Origin: an uncultured Planctomycetales bacterium
Lineage (GTDB): Bacteria > Omnitrophota > Gorgyraeia > Gygaellales > Profunditerraquicolaceae
Direction of reading: 5' to 3'
Assembly (NCBI GenBank): GCA_964542785.1
Contig: CAZIUK010000001.1
Location: forward strand, 261,115 to 325,114
DNA: 64,000 nt
Of this stretch, positions 17,955 to 28,137 are shown piece after piece; position 1 is the first letter of the stretch, and every line of letters starts with the position of its first letter. Both the position numbers and the translations under genes were made by a program. Below the pieces are notes generated by a model. That model saw only the letters and a list, made by a program, of their open reading frames with translations. It was not told the DNA's origin and did no database searches.

Positions 17955-18935
17955 TTGGAAAGGAAGGTGTTTTATATGTGGTCTTTTCACTTAAGGATGT
18001 GGCTCTTGGTAACAATCCTCTTTGGCTTTATCTATGCTTTGCTTGTTATTTTAGGGACACAGTTTATGCAGATTTCAGGTTTTTACTTTTATCTTATACT
18101 ATCTTTTTTGATGCTCTTTGCCCAATATATGCTTGGGCCTAAGATAGTTGAATGGAGTATGCGCGTAAGATATATAAAAAGGCAGGATAACCCGCGTCTT
18201 TTCCAGATGGTAGAAAACCTAAGTAACAGGGCTAATATTCCTATGCCTAAGATAGGTATAGCCCAGATAGCTATACCTAATGCCTTTGCTTTCGGCAGAA
18301 GTATCAAAGATGGTAGAGTTTGTGTCACACAGGGGATACTTAACCTCTTAGGAGATGATGAATTAAGGGCAGTCTTAGGCCACGAATTAGCGCATATTAA
18401 AAATCGGGATGTGCTTACTATCACAGTACTCTCTGTTATCCCGATGATAATGTATAGGATAGCATGGCAGTTTTTATTTTTTGACAGAAGAAGGGAGGGC
18501 CGCGGGAATACGGTTTTAATCGGATTCACTGCCTTTGTTTTTTATTTTATAACCAATCTTCTTGTTTTGTATGCTTCGCGCATAAGGGAGTATTTTGCTG
18601 ACCAAGGTTCTATTGCTATGGGGAATAAACCGTCTGCTTTAGCTTCGAGTCTCTATAAACTTGTTTATGGCTCTGCACGCATGAGTAATGAGGCGTTGAA
18701 AGAATCCGAAGGATTAAAGGCATTTTTCTTGAATGATCCTTCTAAGGCTAAAAGAGAGATAAGCGAGCTTTCGCAGTTAGATATAGATAAAAGTGGGACT
18801 ATTGACCAGGGCGAGTTGATGATGCTTAAGGATAGAAAGATTAGTTTAAGCTTTGGGGATAGGGTGATGGAAGTTTTAAGCACGCATCCTAATATGCTTA
18901 AACGTATTAAACGTCTTAGTGAATACAAGGGATAG
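17955..18935 (+). CDS. HtpX-like M48 membrane metalloprotease with C-terminal EF-hand-like loop
   Basis: HELAHIKNRD (HExxH) on an N-terminal TM scaffold. C-terminal DIDKSGTIDQGE fits the canonical 12-residue EF-hand loop. Confidence 0.7.
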   Translation: MERKVFYMWSFHLRMWLLVTILFGFIYALLVILGTQFMQISGFYFYLILSFLMLFAQYMLGPKIVEWSMRVRYIKRQDNPRLFQMVENLSNRANIPMPKIGIAQIAIPNAFAFGRSIKDGRVCVTQGILNLLGDDELRAVLGHELAHIKNRDVLTITVLSVIPMIMYRIAWQFLFFDRRREGRGNTVLIGFTAFVFYFITNLLVLYASRIREYFADQGSIAMGNKPSALASSLYKLVYGSARMSNEALKESEGLKAFFLNDPSKAKREISELSQLDIDKSGTIDQGELMMLKDRKISLSFGDRVMEVLSTHPNMLKRIKRLSEYKG

Positions 18936-18965
18936 ATAAGTATCTAAAGAGATTTAGTTTTTTAA

Positions 18966-19009
18966 CCCGGAACCAACTTAAGGCCAGTAGAGGTTCCGGG
19001 GGTTTTATT
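18966..19009 (+). terminator. rho-independent terminator
   Basis: cccggaacc...ggttccggg stem followed by GGTTTTATT. Confidence 0.6.
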
Positions 19010-19070
19010 AAAGACGTTTCCTCTTTTTCTTTTTGACATAACCTTAATTCCGCTATATAATTATAAAAAT

Positions 19071-20516
19071 ATGGAACTTAATGAATTAATAGAACAAAGA
19101 AGGCTCAAGGCAGAAGCGCTTTTAAGTAGGGGATTGTCTCTTTATCCTGCTAGGGTGCCTGAATATACGTTTATCGTAGAGGCGCTTGAAGATTTTAATG
19201 AGGGCAAGAAGTTAGGGTTTTGTGGCCGTATTACTGCTAAGCGCGCCCATGGCAAAGCAGCTTTTTTGGATTTAAGGGATTCTACCGGGAAGATTCAGCT
19301 TTATATCAAGGCTGATATTGTTGGAGAAGAGGGATTCTTTATTTACCAAAACTTAGATGTAGCGGATATAATTTATGTTTATGGAGAGCTTTTTAAGACG
19401 CATACCCAAGAGCATAGTGTTAAAGTAGAGAAACTCTTGCTTTTGGCTAAGGCATTAAGGCCGCTTCCGGAAAAATGGCACGGGTTAAAGGATGTGGATT
19501 TACGTTATAGGCAAAGATACCTCGATATTATATCTAATGAAGAAGTAAGGAAGGTTTTTTCTTTTCGTTCAATACTCATCAGGGAGTTAAGGGGTTTTCT
19601 TGATAAAAAAGGCTTTATGGAGGTAGAGACTCCGATGATGCATTATATTGCTGGAGGCGCAGCCGGTAGGCCTTTTAAGACTTTTCATAATGAATATAGT
19701 ATGGATTTATTTTTAAGGATTGCCCCTGAGCTTTACCTAAAAGAGCTTTTAGTTGCCGGGTTGGATAGGGTTTATGAGATAAATCGCTCTTTTCGTAATG
19801 AGGGTGTTTCAACTAGGCATAACCCGGAGTTTACTATGCTTGAAGTCTATCAGGCGTATTCTGATTATCAAGAGATGATGCGCCTAAGCGAAAGCCTGAT
19901 AACCCATTTAGTCTTAACTTTGCACGGTAAATTAAAGATTAGCTATCAGGGTAGAGAGATAGATTTTTCTATCCCTTGGAAGAGCATCTCTTTTGCTGAT
20001 TTAGTACGTGAGAAGTTTGGTATTTTACCTTCTGATGATGATTCAACTATGTTAGCCAAGATTAAGTTAAAAGGATTTGCTAAGGAGGCTAATAAACTCT
20101 CTCGGACGCAGATTGCTAAAATTATTGAGGATGTTTTAGAGGAGGGGATAGGGTTAAATCCAGTATTTGTTACGGATTATTTTACTTCTCTTTGCCCTTT
20201 GGCTAAGGTAAGGGCGGATAACAAGCTTATCTCTGAAAGGTTTGAGCTTTATATTGCGGGGTTAGAGGTTGGAAATGCCTATTCAGAGTTAAATGATCCG
20301 GATGAACAGAGGAAGAGGTTTAGAGAGGAGATAAAAGAGCTTACCCCTGAAGAAAAAAAAGATATTGATGAGGAGTATTGTTTAGCCCTTGAGCATGGGA
20401 TGCCTCCCGCAGGAGGACTAGGCATAGGCATAGATAGATTGGTTATGTTATTGACAGATCAGCCTTCAATAAGGGAAGTAATTCTTTTTCCTCTTTTACG
20501 GCCTCAATTAGAATAA
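19071..20516 (+). CDS. lysS: lysine--tRNA ligase (class II)
   Basis: Anticodon-binding OB fold followed by a class II core (FRNEG, GxGxGxDR). Confidence 0.92.
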   Translation: MELNELIEQRRLKAEALLSRGLSLYPARVPEYTFIVEALEDFNEGKKLGFCGRITAKRAHGKAAFLDLRDSTGKIQLYIKADIVGEEGFFIYQNLDVADIIYVYGELFKTHTQEHSVKVEKLLLLAKALRPLPEKWHGLKDVDLRYRQRYLDIISNEEVRKVFSFRSILIRELRGFLDKKGFMEVETPMMHYIAGGAAGRPFKTFHNEYSMDLFLRIAPELYLKELLVAGLDRVYEINRSFRNEGVSTRHNPEFTMLEVYQAYSDYQEMMRLSESLITHLVLTLHGKLKISYQGREIDFSIPWKSISFADLVREKFGILPSDDDSTMLAKIKLKGFAKEANKLSRTQIAKIIEDVLEEGIGLNPVFVTDYFTSLCPLAKVRADNKLISERFELYIAGLEVGNAYSELNDPDEQRKRFREEIKELTPEEKKDIDEEYCLALEHGMPPAGGLGIGIDRLVMLLTDQPSIREVILFPLLRPQLE

Positions 20517-20517
20517 G

Positions 20518-21708
20518 ATGAAGACAGAGTTCTTGCTAAGCTTAAGATATCTTATAAGCCGTAGAAAAGAAAAATTTATCTCTCTTATCAGTTTAATATC
20601 CGTCGCAGGAATTGCAATCGGAGTCATGGCTTTGATAGTTGTCCTAGCGGTTATGACGGGTTTTGATAAGGAGTTGCATGAGAAGATTGTCGGCAATCAA
20701 GCACATATTACCCTAATTGGCTTTGAGCCAATAGATAATTCTCAATATCTTGCTTTAACTTCTAAAATTGCTTTAAACAAAAATGTAGAGGCGGTGAGTC
20801 CTGTTTTACAAGGGCAGGTTCTATTAAAGGAGGCTGATAGGTATTTTGCCGTAGGTTTAAAAGGGATAGACCCGGATAAAGAGGTGCAGGTAACCAAGAT
20901 TAGTAAATACCTTTTTTTAGGCGCGTTAGGCAATTTAAGCCAAGATGGGATAATTATAGGTAAAGAGTTGGCGGCTTATTTGGGGCTTACATTAGGCTCA
21001 AAGATTGCCCTTTATTCTCCCTTAGGCAAGAAGCATATTTTTCAAGTATCTGGTGTCTTTAGTTCCGGTATGTATGATTATGACCTGAATCTTGTCTTTA
21101 CGGATTTAAAGGGCGCTCAGAAGATATTTGAGCTGCCTGATAAGATAAGTTTTTTATCTATTAAGCTAAAGGATCCGGATTTAGCAGGGCAAGTAAAAGA
21201 AGAGTTAGGTAGGATTTTAGGGTTTAACTATACCCTTAAGACATGGCAAGAGGCAAACCAGAATTTTTTTGCGGCATTAAAGTTAGAAAAGCTTGTTATG
21301 TTTATAATCTTAGCCTTAATTATACTCGTTGCTTCTTTTAATATTATAAGTACTTTAATAGTTATGGTAGTTGAGAAGACCAAGGATATTGGGGTATTAA
21401 AAGCCTTAGGTTTGTCATCTAGGAGGATAAGATTAGTGTTTATCTTGCAGGGATTATTTATAGGGGTGACGGGTGTTTTCTTAGGATTCGTAGGAGGAGG
21501 AACTCTTTGTTTCTTGCTTAAAAAATACCAGTTTATTAAGTTGCCGCAAGATATATATTATCTTGAACGTTTACCGGTAGCCATAGAGTTGTGGCCGGAT
21601 ATTATTTTAATCGCAATAGTTGCGATGGGGATAGTATTAATTTCTACTATATACCCTGCCGCAAAAGCCGCGAGCTTAAATCCGGTTGAAGCCATACGCT
21701 ACGAATAG
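20518..21708 (+). CDS. lipoprotein-release ABC permease (LolC/E, FtsX-like)
   Basis: MacB/FtsX topology; LolE-like N-terminus LSLRYLISRRKEKFIS. Confidence 0.8.
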   Translation: MKTEFLLSLRYLISRRKEKFISLISLISVAGIAIGVMALIVVLAVMTGFDKELHEKIVGNQAHITLIGFEPIDNSQYLALTSKIALNKNVEAVSPVLQGQVLLKEADRYFAVGLKGIDPDKEVQVTKISKYLFLGALGNLSQDGIIIGKELAAYLGLTLGSKIALYSPLGKKHIFQVSGVFSSGMYDYDLNLVFTDLKGAQKIFELPDKISFLSIKLKDPDLAGQVKEELGRILGFNYTLKTWQEANQNFFAALKLEKLVMFIILALIILVASFNIISTLIVMVVEKTKDIGVLKALGLSSRRIRLVFILQGLFIGVTGVFLGFVGGGTLCFLLKKYQFIKLPQDIYYLERLPVAIELWPDIILIAIVAMGIVLISTIYPAAKAASLNPVEAIRYE

Positions 21709-21718
21709 AGAATTTATG

Positions 21719-22378
21719 CTTGAGGCTCGGAATATACATAAATCTTACGGAAATACTAAAAAATCTCTTTTGGTCTTAAGGGGGGTTGATTTAAAAGTAA
21801 AGGAGGGTGAATTTGTTGTTATTGCCGGACCTTCCGGAGCAGGAAAATCCACCTTGCTTAATATATTAGGGGGGTTAGATACTCCTTCTTTAGGCGAAGT
21901 TATATTTCAAGGTGAGGAGATTTATGCTTTAAGCGACGACGGTCTCTCAGAGATGAGGAATAAGAACATCGGTTTTGTATTTCAGTTTTATTATCTTTTG
22001 CCTGAACTGACTATATTGGAGAATGTTTTGTTGCCGGGTATTATTAAGAAAGAGCGGTTTAATAAGGTAAGGGATAAGGCTATGGAATTATTGATTCGGG
22101 TAGGGTTAGGCGAAAGGATGGGGTATTATCCCTCGCAACTTTCTGGAGGGGAGAAGCAGAGGGCGGCAGTAGTTCGTAGCTTGATAAATAACCCACAGTT
22201 GTTATTATGCGATGAGCCTACAGGAAACCTTGATTCAGTTTCCGGAGCGGAAATTTTTAGCCTTATTAAAAAAATCAATACGCAGAATAAGATGGCGGTA
22301 GTCTTAGTTACTCATAATATGGAGTTAGCTAAGCAAGCAGACAAGATCTACTATCTTAAGGATGGTTTTTTAAGTTAA
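21719..22378 (+). CDS. lolD: lipoprotein-release ABC ATPase
   Basis: Walker A GPSGAGKST, signature LSGGEKQR, Walker B LLLCDEPT. Confidence 0.8.
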   Translation, partial: LEARNIHKSYGNTKKSLLVLRGVDLKVKEGEFVVIAGPSGAGKSTLLNILGGLDTPSLGEVIFQGEEIYALSDDGLSEMRNKNIGFVFQFYYLLPELTILENVLLPGIIKKERFNKVRDKAMELLIRVGLGERMGYYPSQLSGGEKQRAAVVRSLINNPQLLLCDEPTGNLDSVSGAEIFSLIKKINTQNKMAVVLVTHNMELAKQADKIYYLKDGFLS

Positions 22379-22417
22379 TGATAGGAAGAGGTATAGTTAT
22401 ATTTTTTAAGGAGGGGT

Positions 22418-23290
22418 TTGATGAAGATCTATATCAATGGTAAATTTTATAAAAAAGAAGAGGCGAAGATATCTGTTTTTGACCACGGACTTTTATATGG
22501 AGATGGGGTTTTTGAGGGCATCCGTTCTTACAACCGTTTGGTCTTTAAATTAAAGGAGCATATAGACAGGCTTTTTGAGTCAGCTAAGAGTATTATGTTG
22601 GCAGTGCCGTTGAGTAAAGAACAGATAATTAAGGCAGTCGTCTCTACCTTAAAGGAGAATAAGTTAAACGACGCTTATATACGCTTGATAGTTACAAGAG
22701 GCGAGGGGGATTTAGGCCTTGACCCGCGCAAGTGTAAGGGTAAGGGGACTATTATTATTATCGCAGATAAGATATCGCTCTATCCTAAAGAATTTTACAA
22801 GGAGGGTTTAAGAATAGTAACTGTTCCTACAGTTAGAAATGTCCCGGAGGCGTTAAACCCGCAGATTAAATCTTTAAATTATCTGAATAATATTTTGGCT
22901 AAAATTGAAGCAGTAAACTCGGGGTGCGATGAAGCGATAATGCTTGATTCTTTAGGGTTTGTCGCAGAGTGTACGGGGGATAATATCTTTATAGTTAAAA
23001 ACAATCATCTTTATACTCCTCCTCAGTGCATGGGAACATTAAGGGGGATTACCCGTGATTCTGTTATGGAGATAGCTAAGAAAATTCGGATACAGGTGCA
23101 CGAGCATGTAATTACCCGGCATGAAGTTTATATATCTGATGAGTGTTTTTTGACTGGGACTGCCGCTGAAGTTATCCCTGTGGTTATGGTTGATGGGCGC
23201 ATAATAGGGAGAGGGAAGCCGGGTAGGGTTACCTTAGATTTGATGAAAAAGTTTAAGGAGATTACCCGTAAGGAGGGAGTTAGGTATTAA
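22418..23290 (+). CDS. ilvE: class IV PLP aminotransferase (branched-chain amino acid aminotransferase)
   Basis: ISVFDHGLLYGDGVFEG...IRLIVTRGEG motifs. Confidence 0.75.
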   Translation: MMKIYINGKFYKKEEAKISVFDHGLLYGDGVFEGIRSYNRLVFKLKEHIDRLFESAKSIMLAVPLSKEQIIKAVVSTLKENKLNDAYIRLIVTRGEGDLGLDPRKCKGKGTIIIIADKISLYPKEFYKEGLRIVTVPTVRNVPEALNPQIKSLNYLNNILAKIEAVNSGCDEAIMLDSLGFVAECTGDNIFIVKNNHLYTPPQCMGTLRGITRDSVMEIAKKIRIQVHEHVITRHEVYISDECFLTGTAAEVIPVVMVDGRIIGRGKPGRVTLDLMKKFKEITRKEGVRY

Positions 23291-23291
23291 T

Positions 23292-23801
23292 ATGATATGC
23301 AATATATGCAATAAAAATCAAGCGACTGTGCACTTAACCGAGATTATTGACGGAAAGATGAGTGAACTGCATATTTGCGAAGAGTGCGCGCATAAGAAGA
23401 GTCAAGCCATGGAACAGCAGTTTGGGCTTTCAGACCTTTTAGCCGGTATGGCTGATTTTGGTAAGCCGCAGGAATCTGCCTCTTTGACCTCTCTTTCTAT
23501 AAAATGCCCTTCCTGCGGGCTTAGTTATGCAGATTTTAAGAAGATTGGGCGGTTAGGCTGCGGGGAGTGCTATAATACTTTTAAGAAATATTTAGGCCCA
23601 CTATTAAAACGGATCCATGGTTCTACTCAACATACCGGTAAGTCTCCCTTGAGGGTTAAAAAAGCATCTGGTAAAAAAATAGATATTCAAGAACTGCGTT
23701 TAAGACTAAGTCGGGCGATTGAAACAGAGGCTTTTGAGGAGGCGGCTAAATTACGAGACCAGATTAAGTCATTAGAAAAAAGAGATAGAAAGAAGGAATA
23801 A
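23292..23801 (+). CDS. mcsA: McsA-like protein-arginine kinase activator
   Basis: Two CxxC...CxxC zinc-ribbon pairs plus a C-terminal UVR motif (EAFEEAAKLRDQIKSLE). Confidence 0.7.
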   Translation: MICNICNKNQATVHLTEIIDGKMSELHICEECAHKKSQAMEQQFGLSDLLAGMADFGKPQESASLTSLSIKCPSCGLSYADFKKIGRLGCGECYNTFKKYLGPLLKRIHGSTQHTGKSPLRVKKASGKKIDIQELRLRLSRAIETEAFEEAAKLRDQIKSLEKRDRKKE

Positions 23802-24859
23802 TGGAATTAAAAAATTTACTAAAGCATACTAGTGAATGGCTGAAAGGCAGTGGGCCGAATTCAGATATAGTTATTTCAAGCCGTATTCGCCTTGCGCGTA
23901 ATTTATCTGAGACTTCGTTTCCTCATTGGGCGGATAAAGCGCAGGGAGAGGGCGTTTTATTTAAAATTCGCCAATCGCTCTTAAAGTCTGAATTTTTTAA
24001 ATCCGCGTTTTTTTTAGAGTTAGCTAAGATGGATAACATAGATAAGCAGTTCTTAGTAGAGAGACACCTTATGTCGTTGGATCACACCCAAAAGGCAAAT
24101 AATAAGGCAATCGTCATTGATGAGGATGAGGTTATTTCTGTAATGATTAATGAAGAAGACCATATCCGCATGCAGGTTATGCAGTCGGGGTTTAACCTTC
24201 TTCAGGCGTGGGATATTATAAATAGAATTGATGAGGCATTAGCTAAAGAGTTAAATTTTGCATTCTTGTCTGACTGGGGTTATTTGACTGCTTGTCCTAC
24301 TAACGTTGGTACTGGGATGCGCGGTTCAGTAATGTTGCATTTACCCGGATTAGTTATAACGCGTTCTATTGACCGGGTGTTGGCTGCTATAGCTAAACTA
24401 AGCTTTACTACCCGCGGTTTTTATGGTGAAGGCACAAAGGCAATGGGTAACTTTTTTCAAATATCTAATCAGATATCTTTAGGCCCTAGTGAAGATGAGA
24501 TTATTGAGAGCATAAACGGATTAATACGGCAAATTATAGAGCAGGAGAATCAGGCAAGGGAGGCTTTGTTTTCTAAGAATAATCCTTTGCTTGAAGATAG
24601 AATTAACCGTAGTCTTGGGATATTAAAGAGCGCGCGCATAATTACTAGTCAGGAGACAAGCGAGTTGCTCTCTATGGTAAGATTAGGATCTGATCTTGGA
24701 ATGGTCAAGGATATTAGTAGAAGCAGAATTAATGAGTTATTTATTCTAACCCAGCCGGCGCACTTGCAGAAGATTGAAGGAAAAAAGCTATCTTCTGAAG
24801 AACGGGATATAAAGAGGGCGCAAATTATAAGAGACAAGCTTAGTATAAATAATCAATAA
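23801..24859 (+). CDS. mcsB: protein arginine kinase
   Basis: ATP:guanido phosphotransferase core CPTNVGTGMRGSVMLHLPGL. Confidence 0.85.
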   Translation: MELKNLLKHTSEWLKGSGPNSDIVISSRIRLARNLSETSFPHWADKAQGEGVLFKIRQSLLKSEFFKSAFFLELAKMDNIDKQFLVERHLMSLDHTQKANNKAIVIDEDEVISVMINEEDHIRMQVMQSGFNLLQAWDIINRIDEALAKELNFAFLSDWGYLTACPTNVGTGMRGSVMLHLPGLVITRSIDRVLAAIAKLSFTTRGFYGEGTKAMGNFFQISNQISLGPSEDEIIESINGLIRQIIEQENQAREALFSKNNPLLEDRINRSLGILKSARIITSQETSELLSMVRLGSDLGMVKDISRSRINELFILTQPAHLQKIEGKKLSSEERDIKRAQIIRDKLSINNQ

Positions 24860-24916
24860 AAAAAAGAGTAGGGTTTAGTTTTAAATTAAGAACTACCTTT
24901 AATTAAGGAGGAGAGA

Positions 24917-27340
24917 ATGTTCAATAGGTTCACCGAAAGAGCGCGTAAGGTTATCATACTAGCAAAAGAGGAGGCTAGGCGTTTTAATCATGATTATATA
25001 GGTACAGAGCATATACTCTTAGGTTTAATACGCGAAGGAGAGGGAGTTGCAAGTATGGTTTTGCAAAAATTAGGCTTATCTTTGGAGAATATTCGCCTTG
25101 AAATAGAAAAATTAGTTCAGCCTGGTCCAACTACTCAGATTATAGGGGATATTCCTTTTACTCCACGGGCGAAGAAGGCTTTAGAGTTAGCTGCAGAAGA
25201 GGCGCGTTCTTTAAGCCATAATTATATTGGGACAGAGCATCTTTTGTTAGGATTAATACGTGAAGGAGAAGGAATAGCTTCTCAGGTTTTACTTAATTTA
25301 GGGCTTGAGTTAAATGCTGTAAGAAACGGGGTTATGGAGCAGTTAGGTCCTGCATTACCCGGTGGGCATAGTATTGCAGGGGGGCATCAGTCAAAGAGTA
25401 AAACCCCTGCTTTAGATGCTTTTGGGCGAGATTTGACTGCTTTAGCAAAAGAGAATAAATTAGACCCGGTTATTGACCGTGCGCAGGAAATAGAGCGCGT
25501 GATACAGATATTAAGTCGTAGGACAAAGAATAACCCTGTACTTTTAGGTGAAGCAGGTGTAGGAAAAACAGCAATTGTGGAAGGTTTAGCTCAATCTGTT
25601 ATTGCCGGCAATGTCCCAGAGGTTTTAAGAGGCAAGAGGTTAATTACTTTAGATTTAGCTTTAATGGTTGCTGGGACAAAATACCGTGGTCAATTTGAGG
25701 AGAGGATCAAAGCAGTTATGGAAGAGATAAAGCGCTCGCAGGATGTTATCATTTTTATTGATGAATTGCATACTTTAGTTGGCGCAGGTGCGGCGGAAGG
25801 AGCTATAGACGCCTCTAATATTCTAAAGCCGGCTCTTTCTAGAGGGGAGATTCAATGTATTGGTGCAACTACTATGGATGAATACCGTAAATATATAGAG
25901 AAAGACGCGGCTTTGGAGCGCAGGTTTCAGACTATCATGGTAGAGCCCCCTACTGTTGAACAGACTATTGATATCTTAAAAGGTCTAAGAGATAAATATG
26001 AAGCTCATCACCGTGTTACCTTTAAGGATGAGTCTTTGGAGGCAGCGGCTAAACTCGCAGACCGTTATATATCAGGTAGGTTTTTACCGGATAAGGCCAT
26101 TGATCTTATTGATGAAGCAGGTTCGCGGGCCCGGCTTAATGTCTTAATAATACCTCCTGATATAAAGGCGCTCGAGGAGAAGATAGAGGGGATACGTAAA
26201 GAAAAGGAGTCTTTTATTAAGAGTCAAGATTTTGAAAAGGCAGCGGGTTTACGCGATCAAGAGCGGCAGGCAAGGCAGGAACTTGAGAAGTTGGATAGAG
26301 AGTGGTCTCAGGCAAAAGATAAAATGCGTCCTGAAGTAGGAGAAGAAGAGATAGCAAAGATTGTCGCACAATGGACAGGGATACCGATATTTAGATTAGA
26401 AGAGAAGGAGAGCGAAAAGTTATTGAGAATTGAGGATGAATTGCATAAAAGAGTTGTAGGGCAAAACGAGGCTATTGAGGCTATTGCTCATGCAGTAAGG
26501 CGTTCGCGGGCCGGGATTAAAGATCCTAAGCGGCCTATCGGTTCTTTTATTTTTTTAGGGCCCACCGGAGTGGGGAAAAGTCTTCTTGCGCGTGCCTTAG
26601 CAGAGTTTATGTTTGGGGATGAAGAGGCACTTTTGCAGTTGGATATGTCTGAATATATGGAGAAGTTTAATGTTTCTCGTTTAATAGGTGCTCCCCCGGG
26701 GTATGTTGGTTACGAAGAAGGAGGGCAGTTAACTGAAAGGATACGACGCAGGCCTTATGCGGTAATACTATTGGATGAGATTGAAAAGGCGCACCCGGAT
26801 GTTTTTAATTTGCTCTTACAGGTCTTTGAAGAGGGGAGGTTGACTGATAGTTTTGGGAGAAAGGTTGATTTTAGGAATACCGTAATTATTATGACCTCTA
26901 ATGTAGGAGCTAATCTTATACGCAGGACCGGATCTTTAGGTTTTAAGGCACAGAAAGAAGAGACAAGTTATCAGGAGATGAAGGATAAGCTTTTAGAGGA
27001 AGTAAAACATACTTTTAAACCTGAGTTCTTAAATAGGGTGGATGATATAATCGTCTTTAGGCAACTGGTCAAAGAAGATTTATATCGTATTGTAGATATT
27101 GAGGTCGGGCATGTAGCTTCAAGGTTAAAAGAGCAAGGTATTGTCTTAGAGGTAACGCCCGAAGCAAAAGAGCTTCTTATAGACAAAGGTTTTGACCCGG
27201 TTTTTGGCGCTAGGCCCTTAAAGAGAACGATACAGAGATTTTTAGAAGATCCATTAGCTTCGGAGTTAATATCTAAGAAGTTTAAGGAAGGTTCAAAGGT
27301 TACGGTGAAACGTAAAAATGAAGAATTAACTTTTGAATAA
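24917..27340 (+). CDS. clpC: ATP-dependent Clp protease ATP-binding subunit ClpC
   Basis: Two Clp_N repeats, two AAA+ modules, and a UVR-like middle domain ([11 protein letters not shown]). Confidence 0.92.
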   Translation: MFNRFTERARKVIILAKEEARRFNHDYIGTEHILLGLIREGEGVASMVLQKLGLSLENIRLEIEKLVQPGPTTQIIGDIPFTPRAKKALELAAEEARSLSHNYIGTEHLLLGLIREGEGIASQVLLNLGLELNAVRNGVMEQLGPALPGGHSIAGGHQSKSKTPALDAFGRDLTALAKENKLDPVIDRAQEIERVIQILSRRTKNNPVLLGEAGVGKTAIVEGLAQSVIAGNVPEVLRGKRLITLDLALMVAGTKYRGQFEERIKAVMEEIKRSQDVIIFIDELHTLVGAGAAEGAIDASNILKPALSRGEIQCIGATTMDEYRKYIEKDAALERRFQTIMVEPPTVEQTIDILKGLRDKYEAHHRVTFKDESLEAAAKLADRYISGRFLPDKAIDLIDEAGSRARLNVLIIPPDIKALEEKIEGIRKEKESFIKSQDFEKAAGLRDQERQARQELEKLDREWSQAKDKMRPEVGEEEIAKIVAQWTGIPIFRLEEKESEKLLRIEDELHKRVVGQNEAIEAIAHAVRRSRAGIKDPKRPIGSFIFLGPTGVGKSLLARALAEFMFGDEEALLQLDMSEYMEKFNVSRLIGAPPGYVGYEEGGQLTERIRRRPYAVILLDEIEKAHPDVFNLLLQVFEEGRLTDSFGRKVDFRNTVIIMTSNVGANLIRRTGSLGFKAQKEETSYQEMKDKLLEEVKHTFKPEFLNRVDDIIVFRQLVKEDLYRIVDIEVGHVASRLKEQGIVLEVTPEAKELLIDKGFDPVFGARPLKRTIQRFLEDPLASELISKKFKEGSKVTVKRKNEELTFE

Positions 27341-27342
27341 AA

Positions 27343-28128
27343 ATGTTTGACAATTTTTTTATAGTTGTAGGTAGGCATATAATATCTTTTCTCTATTTCC
27401 TTGGAGGGATAACCAACCTTACCCTAAAGACTCTTTATTTCTCCTTTGTCCCTCCTTATAAGAAGGAGCGTATATATGAGCAGGCAGAGAAGTCAGGGTT
27501 GGCCAGCCTTCCCTTAGTCTCGCTTATAGCCCTTTTTATAGGTTTTATCTTTGCGCTTCAAACAGCCTATTTTATGCAGAGGATCGGTTCGGAGTTGTAT
27601 ATTGCAAGCATGGTTGCTCTGTCTATAGTCAGGGAATTAGGCCCGGTTATCACTGCTTTAGTTGTAGCAGGCAGGGTAGGGGCAGCAATAACTGCAGAGA
27701 TTGGTTCAATGCAGGTTACAGAGCAGATAGATGCTTTGGAGACATTTGCTACTAATCCGGTGAAATACCTAGTCGTTCCGCGTTTTATCGCTTTAAGCCT
27801 GATGCTTCCTATACTGACTTTATATGCGAATGCCGTTGGAATATTAGGGAGTTATATCATTTGTGTCTTTCGCCTTGGGATATCTTCTAGCCTTTATTTA
27901 CGCGTTACCTTTGAGGCGCTCTTGTATAAGGATATTTTTACCGGCTTGCTTAAAACGGTATTCTTTGGCATGATAATCGTTATTATTAGTTGTTATGAGG
28001 GTTTTAATGTAAAAGGAGGAGCAGAGGGGGTTGGTAGGGCTACGACGCGTTCGGTAGTCTTTTCATTTATTATGATCATTATCGCCGATTGCATATTTAC
28101 GGCATTATTCTATTTTATATTTCCTTAA
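27343..28128 (+). CDS. mlaE: MlaE-family ABC permease
   Basis: VRELGPVITALVVAGRVGAAITAEIGSMQVTEQIDALE signature. Confidence 0.85.
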   Translation: MFDNFFIVVGRHIISFLYFLGGITNLTLKTLYFSFVPPYKKERIYEQAEKSGLASLPLVSLIALFIGFIFALQTAYFMQRIGSELYIASMVALSIVRELGPVITALVVAGRVGAAITAEIGSMQVTEQIDALETFATNPVKYLVVPRFIALSLMLPILTLYANAVGILGSYIICVFRLGISSSLYLRVTFEALLYKDIFTGLLKTVFFGMIIVIISCYEGFNVKGGAEGVGRATTRSVVFSFIMIIIADCIFTALFYFIFP

Positions 28129-28137
28129 GAAAAGATT

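Noticed and set aside
20508-20696. 62-aa - strand ORF across the lysS/lolC junction
   Set aside because: Overlaps two well-supported convergently read + strand genes in antisense; no signals.
23292-23801. Possibility that the McsA-like gene is instead a UvrB/C fragment
   Set aside because: Lacks any nuclease or helicase domain. Four CxxC knuckles plus a UVR motif, placed immediately 5' of mcsB, fit the McsA architecture.
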